Positions 25,316 to 38,652 are shown, counted from the stretch's first letter. The stretch is 64,000 nt of DNA from Phyllobates terribilis (GCF_046119375.1 NW_027362771.1:507656001-507720000), one strand, 5' to 3'. Notes: generated by a model from the letters alone, not told the origin. Translations and numbers: made by a program.

Positions 25316-26882
25316 CAGTTATGGCCAAAAGTATTGAGAATGAGACAAATAGTAATTTTTCCAAAGTTTACTGCTTCATTTTTTGTAATGGCAATTTGCA
25401 TATACTCCTGAATGTCAAAGAGTGATCAGCTTAACAGCAATTACTGTACTTGCAAAGTCAATATTTGCCCAGAAAATGAACTTTAACCCCCAAAACACAT
25501 TTCAACATCATTGCAGTCCTGCCTTAAAAGGAGCAGCTAACATCGTTTTAGTGATTGATCCATTAACACAGGTGTGGGTGTTGATGAGGACAGGGCTGGC
25601 GATCATCAGTCATGATTAAGTAAGAATGACATCACTGGACACTTTAAAAGGAGGCTGGTTCTTGGTATCATTGTTTCTCTTCAGTTAACCATGGTTATCT
25701 CTAAAGAAACACGTGCAGCCATCATTGCACTGCACAAAAATGGCCTAACAGGGAAGAGTATCGCAGCTACAAAGATTGCACCTCAGTCAACAATCTATCG
25801 CATTATCAAGAACTTCAAGGAGAGAGCTTCCATTGTTGTCAAAAAGGCTCCAGGGCGCCCAAGAAAGACCAGCAAGCGCCAGGACCGTATCTTAAAACTG
25901 TTTCAGCTGCGGGATCGGACTACCAGCAGTGCCGAGCTTGCTCAGGAATGGCAGCAGGCTGGTGTGAGTGCTTCTGCACGCACTGTGAGGCGGAGACTCT
26001 TTGAGCAAGGGCTGGTTTCAAGGAGGGCAGCAAAGAAGCCACTTCTCTCCAGAAAAAACATCAGGGACCGACTGATATTCTGCAAAAGGTACAGGGAGTG
26101 GACTGCTGAGGACTGGGGCAAAGTCATTTTCTCTGATGAATCCCCTTTTCGATTGTTTGGGACATCTGGAAAACAGCTTATTCGGAGAAGAAGAGGTGAG
26201 CGCTACCACCAGTCTTGTCTCATGCCAACTGTAAAGCATCCTGAAACCATTCATGTGTGGGGTTGCTTCTCAGCCAAGGGAATCGGCTCACTCACAGTCT
26301 TGGCTAAAAACACAGCCATGAATAAAGAATGGTACCAGAATGTCCTCCAAGAGCAACTTCTCCCAACCGTCCAAGAGCAGTTTGGCGCCCAACAATGCCT
26401 TTTCCAGCATGATGGAGCACCTTGCCATAAAGCAAAGGTGATAACTAAATGGCTCATGGAGCAAAACAGAGATTTTGGGTCCATGGCCTGGAAACTCCCC
26501 AGATCTTAATCCCATTGAGAACTTGTGGTCAATCATCAAGAGACGGGTGGACAACCAAAAACCAACAAATTCTGGCAAAATGCAAGCATTGATTATGCAA
26601 GAATGGACTGCTATCAGTCAGGATTTGGTCCAAAAGTTGATTGAGAGCATGCCAGGGAGAATTCCAGAGGTCTTGAAGAAGAAGGGGCAACACTGCAAAT
26701 ATTGACTTGCTGCATTAACTCATTCTAACTGTCAATATAACCTATTGGTACTCATAATATGATTGCAATTATATGTCTGTATGTGATATAAACATCAGAC
26801 AAACACTAATAAAAACCAGAGGCCAGCAGATCATGTGAAAATATCATTTTGGTGTCATTCTCAAAACTTTTGGCCATGACTG
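25316..26882 (+). mobile_element. Full-length Tc1 element, DD35E (Traveler-type) after repair of one frameshift
   Basis: TA|CAGTTATGGCCAAAAGTATTGAGAATGA ... TCATTCTCAAAACTTTTGGCCATGACTG|TA. ORF 25691-26509 plus ORF 26475-26705, with FSDESPF, FQHDGAPCH and SPDLNPIE. Single frameshift at ~26468. Confidence 0.93.
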
Positions 26883-27254
26883 TATACATGGCGATGCCTG
26901 GCAGCCAGTGACCTTAGGCAATGTTCACACATCCATTTAAGATCCGGTCATACTGGCCAGGGGCAATAATCAGGAAAGAGACCAGTCCAGCGCCACCCAC
27001 CAGCCGGCTTTTCTAGCTGATTGACAGGTCTTTCAATATGTCAGGAGAGACCTGACAGTCATATGCAACGGCGCTTGGAGAAGCCGGAGCATTTCATAGA
27101 AAAATAGACATTCCTGCAATCGTGTAGGCAGGCACTGATTCATGCTGCCCATGGTTTGAGTAGCATAAATGAAGTGACCGCTTCCCTTTATAAACATATC
27201 CATGAAAGTCTAACCATCCGTTATGATCCTTTTTCCTATAACCCTTAATGTTAA

Positions 27255-27934
27255 AGGGAATGTGTCACCCCCCCCCTGGGCGATATGAGACCTCTACTAT
27301 GGCCATACAGGGTATAGAAAAGTAAATCTATACTTACCTGTATGGCCCATAGCAGAGATCTGATTGCAGAAAAAAGCACTTTAATCAATTATTTTTTCCA
27401 CAAACTTGGTGTCCGGGGGACGCCAAGCAATCCCCGCCTATCTGCTTATTATTCCCTCAAATCACTTCCTCTCTGCTTAATTAGCATATACCACCCTCCC
27501 CTGCACGTCACAGGGCCCTGTGATGTGCACTGTGCTCCCTGACTTCCCGTGCATGCACACATAGAGCGCACTTTGCTTCATCCCGGCCCGTCTCTCCGTG
27601 CACTGCGCTGCAGGGTTCTATTGCTCAGGCGCCGGAAAGTGACAGTGCTTCTCCCCCCCCCCCCCCAGGTGCCTGCGCAATAGAAACCTGCGGCGCAGTG
27701 CACAGAGAGACGGGCCGGGATGAAGCAAAATGCTTTCTATGTGAGCGGCACTTTGCGCATGCCCGGAAGTCAGGGAGCACACGGCAACCCTGTGGAAAGA
27801 AAAATTGATTAAAGTGCTTTTCTCTGCAATCAGACCTCTGCTATGGGCCATACTGGTAAGTATAGATTTACTTTTCTATAACCTGTATGGCCATAGTAGA
27901 GGTCTGATATTGCCCAGGGGGTGACGGATTCCCT
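27255..27934. mobile_element. T2/Kolobok-type MITE with long TIRs
   Basis: TTAA|AGGGAATGTGTCACCCCC ... GGGGGTGACGGATTCCCT|TTCA. About 150-bp inverted arms plus an internal inverted repeat. Confidence 0.75.
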
Positions 27935-28669
27935 TTCACAATAAAAAATAACAGAACAGAAGTGTCCATTCTGTCTGCAATGCATCCAAGAACGATTGGA
28001 AACTGATGACATTTTAGGAAAAATTAAACCAGTTTGAATTTATTGGTCCTGTATCTGATTTGTTTTATTTCTTCAAACTGATCATAAAAAAATTAAATGG
28101 GAGCATAGGCTTAGGGTGTATTCACACTGGATAGAATGGTGCAACAGCGTGCTGTACACTCGCTGCACCGCTGTCTGTAAATATACCTATTTTTGCTGCA
28201 ATTTTATAGCAACTGCAATTAGATTTTTGAAAGACTGCAGGGGTTAATCCGCTTTTGTGGTTTCACCACACTGGATGAATTACACCGTAGATGTTTGGGT
28301 CACTTTACCATGTCACTTCTCAGAACCCCATCACTAATTGGCACTCAGGTATTTCCCATTGTATTTCCTAAACACCCGACCTAATTTTTGATAGAAGTGC
28401 TAAGGATTTTGTTACGTTCTTGAACGTTAGAAACACAGAACAATTATTCTACTATGCACTTGCTTATTGTGTAAATTGGATGTAGGTAAGTAGCTCCGCG
28501 CGTCCTCATTCTAGTTCTTCTCTGGAATAAAGAATATTGTTTTTTATTCTTGTTGTACCTGAAGCTCCACATTACCACCCTCTGTCTGATTTTTCTTTTT
28601 ATTCTTCACTTCTTTTGTCCAGTCGGCTGTGGTCATATGTAGTTATTGCAGATCTTTTCTTGTTGACAG

Positions 28670-28881
28670 GATCTACCGGTATCAGACCTTTGACTATTCG
28701 TTCTCCAGCACCGAGTCTATGCTTCACGCTATGGGTGGAAATGATTTCATTACAAAGGTAAATGTGACCATAGATGAAGTTATGCAGAAAGCTGGCTTCT
28801 CTCAGAGGTTCATCGATGACATTGTGGTTCCGGCTATGAGAGTCAACTACGGACAAGGAGCGAAAGTCAACGGCTTTGTTG
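28670..28881 (+). CDS. PCYOX1: Prenylcysteine oxidase 1, exon 4
   Basis: tgttgacAG|; RIYRYQTFDYSFSS...PAMRVNYGQGAKVNGFVG; |gtaagt; 212 nt. Confidence 0.97.
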
Positions 28882-30104
28882 GTAAGTGCTCAAACTGGAG
28901 TGCAAAAGTGCACAACTCCCCTCAGTCTTCCTGCCAAGTACAAAACTTTGCAAATTTTGTAATTATCATTATGCTTTAGAGAGTAAAATGAATGTAGCCA
29001 GCAGCTGGAAGCATCGCCTAGCTGCATGTAGCAGAGACCGGTGGCATCAAAATATGTAGGGAGCACACTTGATGGCTGTGAAACGAAACATTTTACAACT
29101 TTCTAATATACTTTTTGTTTCTCAAATCCTCATCAATTATTAATCTCTGGAGGACGTGGCCTGGACATGGCACCGAGAACAGGGCTGGGCTGTAGAGACA
29201 GCAAGCCAAACCTCCGACTCCACAGCACGGCCTCACTACTGAGCGTGTACATAAAGTGCAGCACAGATTCATCTCAACTAAAAAGGCGAGATCATTCAAT
29301 CAGGGACCGAACAGAGATTTATAGGACATTTCATAACTTTCCCAAATTCTTCTGAAACCTTTACAGCACATCCTGCATTGAACTACTCCACAACTCTGAC
29401 TCCACAGCACTGGTTGGAGGATCTTCACTGCCGAGCGTGTACATAAAGTGCAGCACAGATTCATCTCAACTAAAAGCCGAGATCCTTAGATCAGGAATAG
29501 AACAGACATTTATAGGACATTTCATAACTTTCCCTCATACTTATGAAAAAATATTCATACTGCATTGAACTACTGTACACAATTTATTAGATATTTTAGG
29601 AGTCAGTCCATTTCATACTGACTCCACAGCACTGACCAAGAGGATGCACAGATTGAGAGCTTTCTCCTCAGATGGTGTTCCTACTGGAATTACAAGCAAT
29701 TTACAGCCTCCCACACGCAATCTGTTATGGGAAAGAAAGACAAGAGACCAGAGGTTAATCTGAGGTCCTCCACCTCTGTCAGCACGCTTGGGATGCAGTG
29801 TCTCCTATCAGAGGGCTCCTCTTCCCGTGCGGCACAGGGGATTCTGATATGGGGAACGCCATCATTGATTTTAAACATCATATAGCGTCTATCTCTACTA
29901 AACAAGACATGGAGCAATATATAGAGAGGCTGGAGACTACATACAAAACTGAAATACATTCCCTCACTTCTAGCCTGTCACAGGTCACTGACAAGGTACA
30001 GAGACTAGAGGCCGATGTCATACAAGTTGTGGCCATCATAATGATCATAAACAAACACCAGAACTTCACAGCCAGCATATAGTCTGTTTAATATGGTTGA
30101 TGAC

Positions 30105-32359
30105 TAGTGTTGAGCATTCCGATACTGAAATATCGGGTATCGGCCGATATTCGCGGTATCGGAATTCCGATACTTAATTCCGATACTTTTACAATATCGA
30201 ATACCGGAATCGGAAGTTCCCATAATGCCTGCGCTCTGCAGTGTCTCTGAAGGATGACAAGCTGGATGGCAGCGCTCAGCTGAGATCCAGCCTGTCATCA
30301 GAATGCCATCCCAGCGTGGGAGAATTCTCCTGATTGTTTAAAAGCCGGCGGGCGGTAAAAAGCCGCCGGCTTTTAAACAATCACACAGCCCCATACTGCT
30401 TCCCCGCAGCCTCCCACCCCGATCCTCGGCTCCCCTCGCCACCTCCCATCCCGATCGTAAGTTAGGACCGGGCGGGGAGCGCAGCACCAAGGAGCGGGGA
30501 GCGAAGAACCGGGGCGGGGAAGCCGGCAGTGAAAAGACTTCACCACCGGCTTTCCCGTTCTGTGCTGCGCTTTCCCGCCGGTTATTTCAAATGAACAGCT
30601 GAGGTATCAGGTGATGCCGATCAGCTGTTCATTTGAAGTTGCCGTGGTGCCCTCAGAGGGTTCATGTGAGTTCATGCTTCACTGCATTGCATGAACTCAC
30701 ATGAACTTTCCCACGGCCGCACAGGTCAGCCTCACCTCCCAGACCGGTCATGATTGGTGTGTGTGGGTGTCTGTGCGGGTGTGCGCGGTGTCTGTGCGGT
30801 GTGTGTGATGTCTGCGGCTCACCTCATGCACGTCACTGACAGCATGGGAAAATTCTCCTGCACTCAGCGCTTCAGCGTGCGAATTCTCCCACGCTGTCAG
30901 TGACGTGCATGAGGTGAGCTGAGTTCATTGGACATGAACTCGGCTCATCTGGATGACGTCACAGAGAGACACTGAGGAGCGCAAGCATGCCTGCGCTTCT
31001 CAGTGTCTGCGGGATGACAGGCTGGATGGCAGCTTTCTCCTGCGGTCCAGCCTGTCATCTCGATGTAGCAGAGCTGGAGCCATCGTGGGAACCATGGAAA
31101 GGTAAGGATGAGGTTGCTTTATTATTTTTCTTTTATTGCAGGAGATCGTTGGCTTCAGCTGGAATGGGCGTGACGGTAAGTATGGTTTAATTTAGAACAA
31201 TAAAGAATTGTGTGTTTATTTCAATTAAAGGACTTTATTCTCGGTGTTTGTGTTTTTTTTTTTTAACTTTGACTATGGGGTTAGTAATGGGGGTGTCTTA
31301 TAGACGCCTCTCCATTACTAACCTGGGCTTGATGTCAGCTGGCATTATAAGCTGACATCAACCCCAGCCCTATTACCCCCTGCCACCGCTACAGGGCAGT
31401 GGGAAGAGCGAGGCTAAGTGCCAGAATTGGCGCATCCTATGGATGCGCCATTTCTGGGGCGGCTGACTGCTGGTGTTTCTAGCCTGGGAGGGGGCCAATA
31501 TTCATGGCACCCTTCCTGGGCTATTAATATCAGCCCCCAGCTGTCTGCCTAGCCTTTGCTAGCTATTAAATTAGGGGGAACCCCACGTCATTTTTTTGGG
31601 GGGGTCCCCCATTTTAATAGCTAGTAAAGGCTAAGTATTCCGCTGGGGGCTGATATTAGCAGCCTGGGAAGCTCCGTGGGTATTACCCCCTTCCCAGGCT
31701 TCAAACATCTGCCCCAGCTGTCTGCTTAACCTCCGCTAGAGACTAAAATTAAGGGGAACCCCACGCCAATTTTTTTTTAAATAAATCCTTTATTTTAACA
31801 CTAAATGACAAGTACAGTAAGCAACACTGTCACTGTACTTCATATATATGTGACTGACATGTTTCTATCTATCTAATCTATGTATGATTCTCTATTCCTT
31901 CTATTCTAAATTGTCGGGTACAGATGCTGAATTGCCGGCCGGCTTTCTTAAAGAGACGGTGCATTAAAACACTATTATTTTTTTTTAATAAATCCTTTGC
32001 ACTAAATGACAAGTACATTAAGCAACACTGTCACTGTACTTCATATATATGTGACTGACATGTTTCTATCTATCTAATCTATGTGTGAAGCTCTATTCTT
32101 TCTGTTGTAAATTGTCGGGTACCGGTGTATGCCGCTGATGAATTGCCGGCTTTTCGCATAATACATTCTACATTATTCTTAGTTGTTTTACTTCATGTAG
32201 AATTAACCTACAAGGAAAGAAAGGGTTTATTTTCATTCCGATATTTCTGTCCCATTGACTTGCATTGGTTTCCGGTATCGGAATCGGCGATATCCGATAC
32301 TTTTTGAGTATCGGTCCGATCCGATATTTCCTGATATCGGAAGGTATCGCTCAACACTA
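30105..32359. mobile_element. Non-autonomous hAT element inserted in L1 ORF1
   Basis: TIR TAGTGTTGAGC...GCTCAACACTA, perfect 8-bp TSD TTGATGAC (30097-30104 and 32360-32367), and many subterminal CCGATA/TATCGG motifs. Confidence 0.9.
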
Positions 32360-33446
32360 TTGATGACCAAGAAAATCTCCACAATAATATCTGGATAAGG
32401 GGTATACCTGAAAGCATCAATGCACAAGCGATTATTCCAACCCTGAGGACATTATCAATAGGATCACCAAGGATATTATTGAGTAAAGAGCTGGAGATCG
32501 ACAGGGCGCACTGTACACTAGGTCTTGAGTGTCCAAGGGTCACATTTTTTCAATGTAAAAGAGGCCATTATGAGGAAAAGCAAGGGAGTTGGGCTCTGTT
32601 GATTTCAATGGAAATTACATACAATTGTTCAGGGATTTATCTCAAATGACACTTGCTTCAAGAAGGGTATTGAAACCACTACTTGATGCCCTCTGGGAAA
32701 ATAGCCTGATGTACTCCTGGGGGTTCCCATTCCAGCTGCAGGGCTGGAAAAATGGAACGTTGTATACTTAGAAAGATAGAAGCGATATGGTACCATTTTG
32801 TGATGCCCTGGACATTCCCAGAATCCATATATCTGACTGACCACCTGCTCTATCATTGCCACGGAGAGGTCCAGCACGTCGCAGACTGCGTTCAATGGAT
32901 CAGGAACTAGAGGGTGATGCACCTAGACGGGAAAGGACCTGCCAATATATGAGCTCCTGACATGAATCTGGTCTTCCCTGATGGGAGAGACAGTTTGCAG
33001 ATACTTACTTTTTTCTTTACACATATAATTAGTTATAGCTAAATAGAGTTTTATATGCCACTCTTCCACTATACAGAATGTCCCAGTTCATATAATATCT
33101 TAGAACAGCATTTAAGTTGAGTTCATATTATTATATTATATTATGAGGGTGTATTACATTACTTGCTTTATATTCCATGTTTCCCCCTAATAGAAAACCT
33201 AGGTCTGAAAGTTTGACTTAAGCCAGTAGACAACCCGCAGTTAAGGACTTGCATTGGGATCTGCTTGTTTCACAGTTTTCTAGTGTTCGATTTATTCATA
33301 ATCTATACCTCTTAGATTAGACGCTGAGGTAGACATTACTATCTAACGTCTATACTTCCTCCTTGTTCTTAATCTCTCTATCCTTTTTTCTCCCCCCCCC
33401 CCCCCCCCTCCTTTTTTTTTTTTTTTTTTTTTACATACAATATGGC

Positions 33447-34039
33447 TGTAACTTTGGCTTCCCTGCATGCTTCTCCCCTCCTTCCCCCAGCAGGGATGCC
33501 GACATGCTCACCGCCACGGCTGCTCGGTGGCATCTCCAGCTCCTGCCGCGACTCCCCATGCACTTCGCGCAGGTCTCCCGGCTATGCGCTTGGCCCGTGT
33601 GCTCCCCTCTTCTTAAAAGGGCAGCGCACACTCAGCTTGGAAGCATTAGGTATTCAAGGCACCCTCTCCTGTAGGGAGGTGCCTGAGCAACTTCATTATC
33701 AAGTGTGTCTCTAAGCTACTAGTCCGTTCCTGTACCTGTTCTGCAATCCTGCACCAGTACCTGTCCAACGACCCTGAGCTCGTCCTGTCTGAACCGGTAC
33801 CGGTATCCATACCTCCAGTGATCCTGCCTGACATGGAGTCCATACCCTACGTCCCTAACCCCTGGCGTCAGCTGCTGCAGTACCAGAGACTGCCCTGGAG
33901 TGATTCCTCGTGGCTACCTGCAGCACAAGCCTAACCTCACTATCAGAGGCTCCAGTGAAGAACCAGGTAGCCGCTTAGTTACGTCCCACCAGGATAAGCC
34001 CGACCCATGGCACAGTGGTCCACACCCACCAGCATGACA
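33447..34039 (+). mobile_element. Solo LTR (593 bp) inserted at the L1 ORF2 start codon
   Basis: TGTA...GACA termini and 5-bp TSD ATGGC (33442-33446 and 34040-34044). TATTCAA/GGCACC...GGTGCC/GCCTGAGCAA cassette as in the full Gypsy LTR. Confidence 0.85.
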
Positions 34040-35952
34040 ATGGCGCAACTCAAAACTTGCTCATTGAATATCAGAGGACTTAATGTTTCAGAAAAAAAGA
34101 GCTCAAGAGTTTTATCATATGCTTAAACAACATGTACATTTTCTCTTTCTTCAGGAGGCCCACTTTAGAGGCAACCATATACCTCAGTTTACTAACAGAT
34201 ACTATTCATCTTGGCGCCACAGTACAAATACAGTTTTAGTCTAAAGGTCGGAGAGTAGGCATACACAAATCACTGTCGTATACTATTTTAGAAACTCTGT
34301 CTGACACGGAGGGGAGGTATGTGTTTAAGATCTAGATCTACTCCAAAATTTTGACTTACAAACCTCTCTCTCCCTAATTATGACCAAATTAAGATGGCAT
34401 GTCAATAATTAAACTAAAAATTTTTGCAGAGAGCCCTATCATTGGAGGTGACTTTAATTTTGTCTTGGATCCTTCTTTAGACGCGTCCCTGGGCAGGAGT
34501 CACCAATCTAATAAATCGCAAACAAAAGCTTTACTAAACGTCTCTCCAACTGGTCGATGTATGGAGGATACTACATGCAGACGTAAATAATTATACATAT
34601 TATTCTCCTTTACACAATACGCATAGATTTTTTTCCTAATTAGCCATCACTTGCTTACTTGGCAACCTACATCTCAGATAGGACCTACTATATGGTCAGA
34701 TCATGCTCATGTATATTGTAATCTGACTATACCCGACTCCCAGCAAAGCTTCAGATGTTGTAACTTAAATGATAATTAAAAGAGGCACCCGGATCAGAAA
34801 TTCATAACTCCACTGACATAACTGAAGCATTTCATTGCTATTATAGCTCGCTATATAATATTAATGGACTATAACATCTAATATTCTTGAAACAAAAATT
34901 TACAAATATATTATGGACACTGCCCTTTTATTCCTTACAGGCGCCTGAGCAGGTGATTCTTTCACTGAACAAGAGATATGGAATGATCTAATGGCCTCTC
35001 CTATTGGAAAGAGCCATGGGCCAAATGGATTAAATCTTACATTTTATAAGATATTTGCACCCCAGTTATTACCATTTTTAGTAAAAGTGTTCAATAATAT
35101 ATCAGAAGATCCCCCTTTGCACCCCTATCACTTGAGGCTCACATAATGGTTTTATCAAAGTCTAGAAGAGAATCAAGTGCCTGCCCTAATTTTCATCCAA
35201 TATCATTAGACGCAGATGTCAAAGTATTCTGTAAAGTAATGGCAGCACTGCTCTCCCACTATCTACCCTCAATTCCTTGGCTTCATTAAGGGTAGAGAAG
35301 CTTGCGATGATACAAATAAAATGTTGATGTCACATGCAAAAAAAAAAAGGGACCCAATGTGTCTCATTTCTGTTGACACTGAAAAAGCGTTTCGACAGAC
35401 TGCATTGGACTTTCTTGAAGAGCACCCTACGACAAATTGGGTTGAGCCCTTTCTTGCTATCTAAAATTCTGTCCTAATACACTGACCCTAATGCGAGAGT
35501 TAGGGTAAATGGCGCTTCATTTCAGGGCGGAAAGGAAAGTGACAGCAGTTTCGGCCAGCAGATGACGATTCGTTTGGGTATCACATCATTCACTGGGGAT
35601 TCACAAATAAATCGTCATAGGAAGTGGGTAATATGCACAGAACCCTAAGCCTGCCGTACAGAGTGAATGGTAGGGAATTTTACCATAACTTAAATTACAA
35701 CAGTTATGAGTTTTTAAAAACGTATTAATTTAAATTTACTTTTGGATTTCGGACTTTAATCACTCAAGTAGGTCCTTGTACTAAACTTCTATCTTGCATA
35801 TACAAAGCAACACAAAGAGACACCTGCAATGACCCTCTACTCTTTACTGGGGCTTGGGAGAAAGAATATTGGATAGTCAAATTTCAAAGGAGGATTGGCA
35901 AAAAGGATTCATACTGTCCTATTACTTGCCGTGCTCAGGAGAAAAACTATAA

Positions 35953-36155
35953 GGCCACGGCCCCACTGTCAGTATTTGGTCAGTATTCGGTCAGTATTTT
36001 TTCTCAGGAGTAGGAGCCAAAACCAGGTGAGGAACAATCAGAGAAAAGGTATTATAGAAACGAATCACCAATTCTGCATTTATCACCCACTCATGGTTTT
36101 AGCTCCCACTCCTGAGAAAAAATACTGACCGAATACTGATAGTGGGGCCATGGCC
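35953..36155. mobile_element. PIF/Harbinger-like MITE in L1 ORF2
   Basis: TAA|GGCCACGGCCCCACTGTCAGTATT ... AATACTGATAGTGGGGCCATGGCC|TAA. Confidence 0.8.
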
Positions 36156-36777
36156 TAAGACTCTATCTAGATGGTATCATTGTCCCACTAGGCTAAATAA
36201 GATCTTTCCTCTCTGTGTCGGACTTGTGCTGGCGGTGTGGCGGTGCAGCTGGGTCTATGTTACATATATGGTGGAAATGCCCATTAGTGTTGGTTTTTAT
36301 GCAATTCCATAGTCTCACCGGTAGCAGAGTCACACCCTCCCTATAGTTTTCTTTTTTTTAGTATTCCCTCACCTCCTTTTCCTTCCCATTCTTTCTCTTT
36401 CTGTCATCCATTCCTCTAGCACACACAATTATTTGGTTCATGTTATAGCTTATATTAGTATCTTATCAAACTGGTTATGGCTATATTATAATGTTTAACA
36501 ATAGCTTACAGTAATATAAATAACATCAACTTTTCTATTGTTATTGAATGTAATTGGAATGTTCCGTTTTCGTATTAATGTTAAAACTCAACAAAAATAT
36601 TTAAAGTAAATGTATTAAAATATCTGTATGCCGTCAACAAGCGGAAATTATAATATTCTTGCTAAAACCTGATGCACTATGAAGTCTTGTTGCATATGTT
36701 GGCGCAAGCGACAGGTAGCGGAACCTGTAATTTTATTATTTTAGTTATACTGATGTTCCTAAATGTTTGTTTTCTAG

Positions 36778-36930
36778 GGGCAGTGTCTCTAGCTGGTACT
36801 GATTCTGGACTTTGGGCAGTGGAAGGAGGTAACAACCTAGTTTGCACTGGGCTTCTCTATGCTTCAAAGGCCCAACTAGTTAAGGGCACAGTCACCTCTG
36901 TGCAAGAGAAGGCTCGTCCTACAAAGTCAG
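36778..36930 (+). CDS. PCYOX1: Prenylcysteine oxidase 1, exon 5
   Basis: tttctAG|; GAVSLAGTDSGLWAVEGGNNLVC...RPTKSG; |gtaagt; 153 nt. Confidence 0.97.
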
Positions 36931-37516
36931 GTAAGTTTCTCTATCTTCTTTTTATATTCTTTGCCGGCTGCACAACTCACCCTGGCCATTCATTAAGAGG
37001 CTGCATGGGGGAACAGTGAATCTCCACTTTTTACACCTTACTGTGCCAGGGGATTGTAGTAGGGAGGACAACATTTTAAAGATTCTCTGAAGGGGGAAGA
37101 ACCTGTTTTAAATAATTTAGTATTGAGAAATTGGACTGTTACCGATGTGTTTAATACTGAATATGCTTATTTATTTAATTAATATTATTATGAGGTGAGG
37201 AAAAGGAGGGCGATTCACATTTTTATGTGGCTGGGCTTCATGGGAGAACCATTATGTTTGGGTTGGTGGCCATCAGCATGCCCCTGGCTGTCATAGTAAA
37301 TCATTAGCACCTCACAATCTCTTCAAATGGATGCCCAACTAGGATTGAGCAATTCAAAATGCTGTTTTCAGAGATTGATAACAGAATTTTAAGTGGCTAC
37401 GTAGCAGAGATCAGACATGGCTCCAATTGCTGCTATTTCAGGAAGATGCCGGCTGCATAAGACATCCAGCACCTGCCCTGTATGGAGCGGGCTCACCTCC
37501 TGGGCCTGCACCATAA

Positions 37517-37726
37517 NNNNNNNNNNNNNNNNNNNNNNNNNNNNNNNNNNNNNNNNNNNNNNNNNNNNNNNNNNNNNNNNNNNNNNNNNNNNNNNNNNNN
37601 NNNNNNNNNNNNNNNNNNNNNNNNNNNNNNNNNNNNNNNNNNNNNNNNNNNNNNNNNNNNNNNNNNNNNNNNNNNNNNNNNNNNNNNNNNNNNNNNNNNN
37701 NNNNNNNNNNNNNNNNNNNNNNNNNN
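37517..37726. other. Assembly gap (210 N) in PCYOX1 intron 5
   Basis: Run of N. The true length of intron 5 is unknown. Confidence 0.99.
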
Positions 37727-37999
37727 CAGCATGGAGGCTTCTGAAACTTTTCAAATCACTTGATTATGCAATTTTTCATTCCTAAAAAAAAAAAAGTATA
37801 TATTTCTTAGATATAATATACTTAAAATGGCACTGAAGGGGCAGGCACCTAAGGAGTTTATGAATTCTATTCCAAAGAGCAGAGTTATTGATTATGGTTC
37901 AATCTAGTTCCATTCCGTACGTATGACTTATGAATATTTTATGCCATGTTTGTTTTTCTATATCCTTCTTTCATTATTTTGTTTGCCATTTTATTTCAG

Positions 38000-38652
38000 G
38001 AGATACAGTGAAACTGTATGAAGTCAATTATGAGACCGAGCAAGGGCCCTCACTAGGCTTGTATGATATTGTAGTTATTGCTACTCCACTCGCTAAGGAA
38101 ATTACCAACATTAAATTCCTCGACTTTGACCTACCAATCGAGGCTTCCAAGCCATACCAGCAGACCGTGGCCACCTTTGTCCACGGGCAGATCAACACTT
38201 CTTTCTTTGGTTATCCGAAGCCATCGCAATTTCCTGTATCAGAAATATTAACCACAGATGAACCAAAGCTCTTCATCAATAGCATCGGCCCCGTGTCTCC
38301 TGTGAAACCAGAGTCTGAAAGTTCTAAATCCTCTGATATTAAAGTCTGGAAGATCTTCTCGCCTGAGCCCCTCACAGATGAACAGTTGCGTCTCTTGTTC
38401 GAGTCATATCATGCAGTTATTGTAAAGAAATGGTTGGCTTATCCCCAGTACCACCCTCCCGAAAAATTACCCCCTATAATACTGCACCATGACCTTTATT
38501 ATCTGAACAGTATAGAGTCTGCAGCCAGTGCCATGGAGATGTGTGCCATCTCCGCAAAGAATATTGCCCTTTTATCGTACCACCGCTGGTATGGGCAAGA
38601 TGGACAAATTGACCAGGAAGATTTAGACGAACGTCTCAAGTCTGAGTTATAA
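38000..38652 (+). CDS. PCYOX1: Prenylcysteine oxidase 1, last coding exon
   Basis: ttatttcAG|; YDIVVIATPL...VWKIFS...WLAYP...YYLNSIESAASAMEMCAISAKNIALL...DERLKSEL*. The six exons sum to 1503 nt = 500 aa plus stop, with all phases compatible. Confidence 0.98.

Larger units (their letters stand above)
29200..36610 (+). mobile_element. Decayed near-full-length L1 LINE in PCYOX1 intron 4, carrying nested insertions
   Basis: ORF1 coiled coil (29798-30082) resumes at 32360 with DDQENLHNNIWIRGIPE, IDRAH and YSWGFPF. ORF2 ATG at 34040 (MAQLKTCSLNIRGLN), then GGDFN, WSDH, ISVDTEKAFDR (~35370) and C-terminal CWRC...HIWWKCP (~36220-36285). Many stops and frameshifts. Confidence 0.85.

Noticed and set aside
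37389-37785. ORFs of 79-122 aa spanning X residues
   Set aside because: Artefacts of the N gap.
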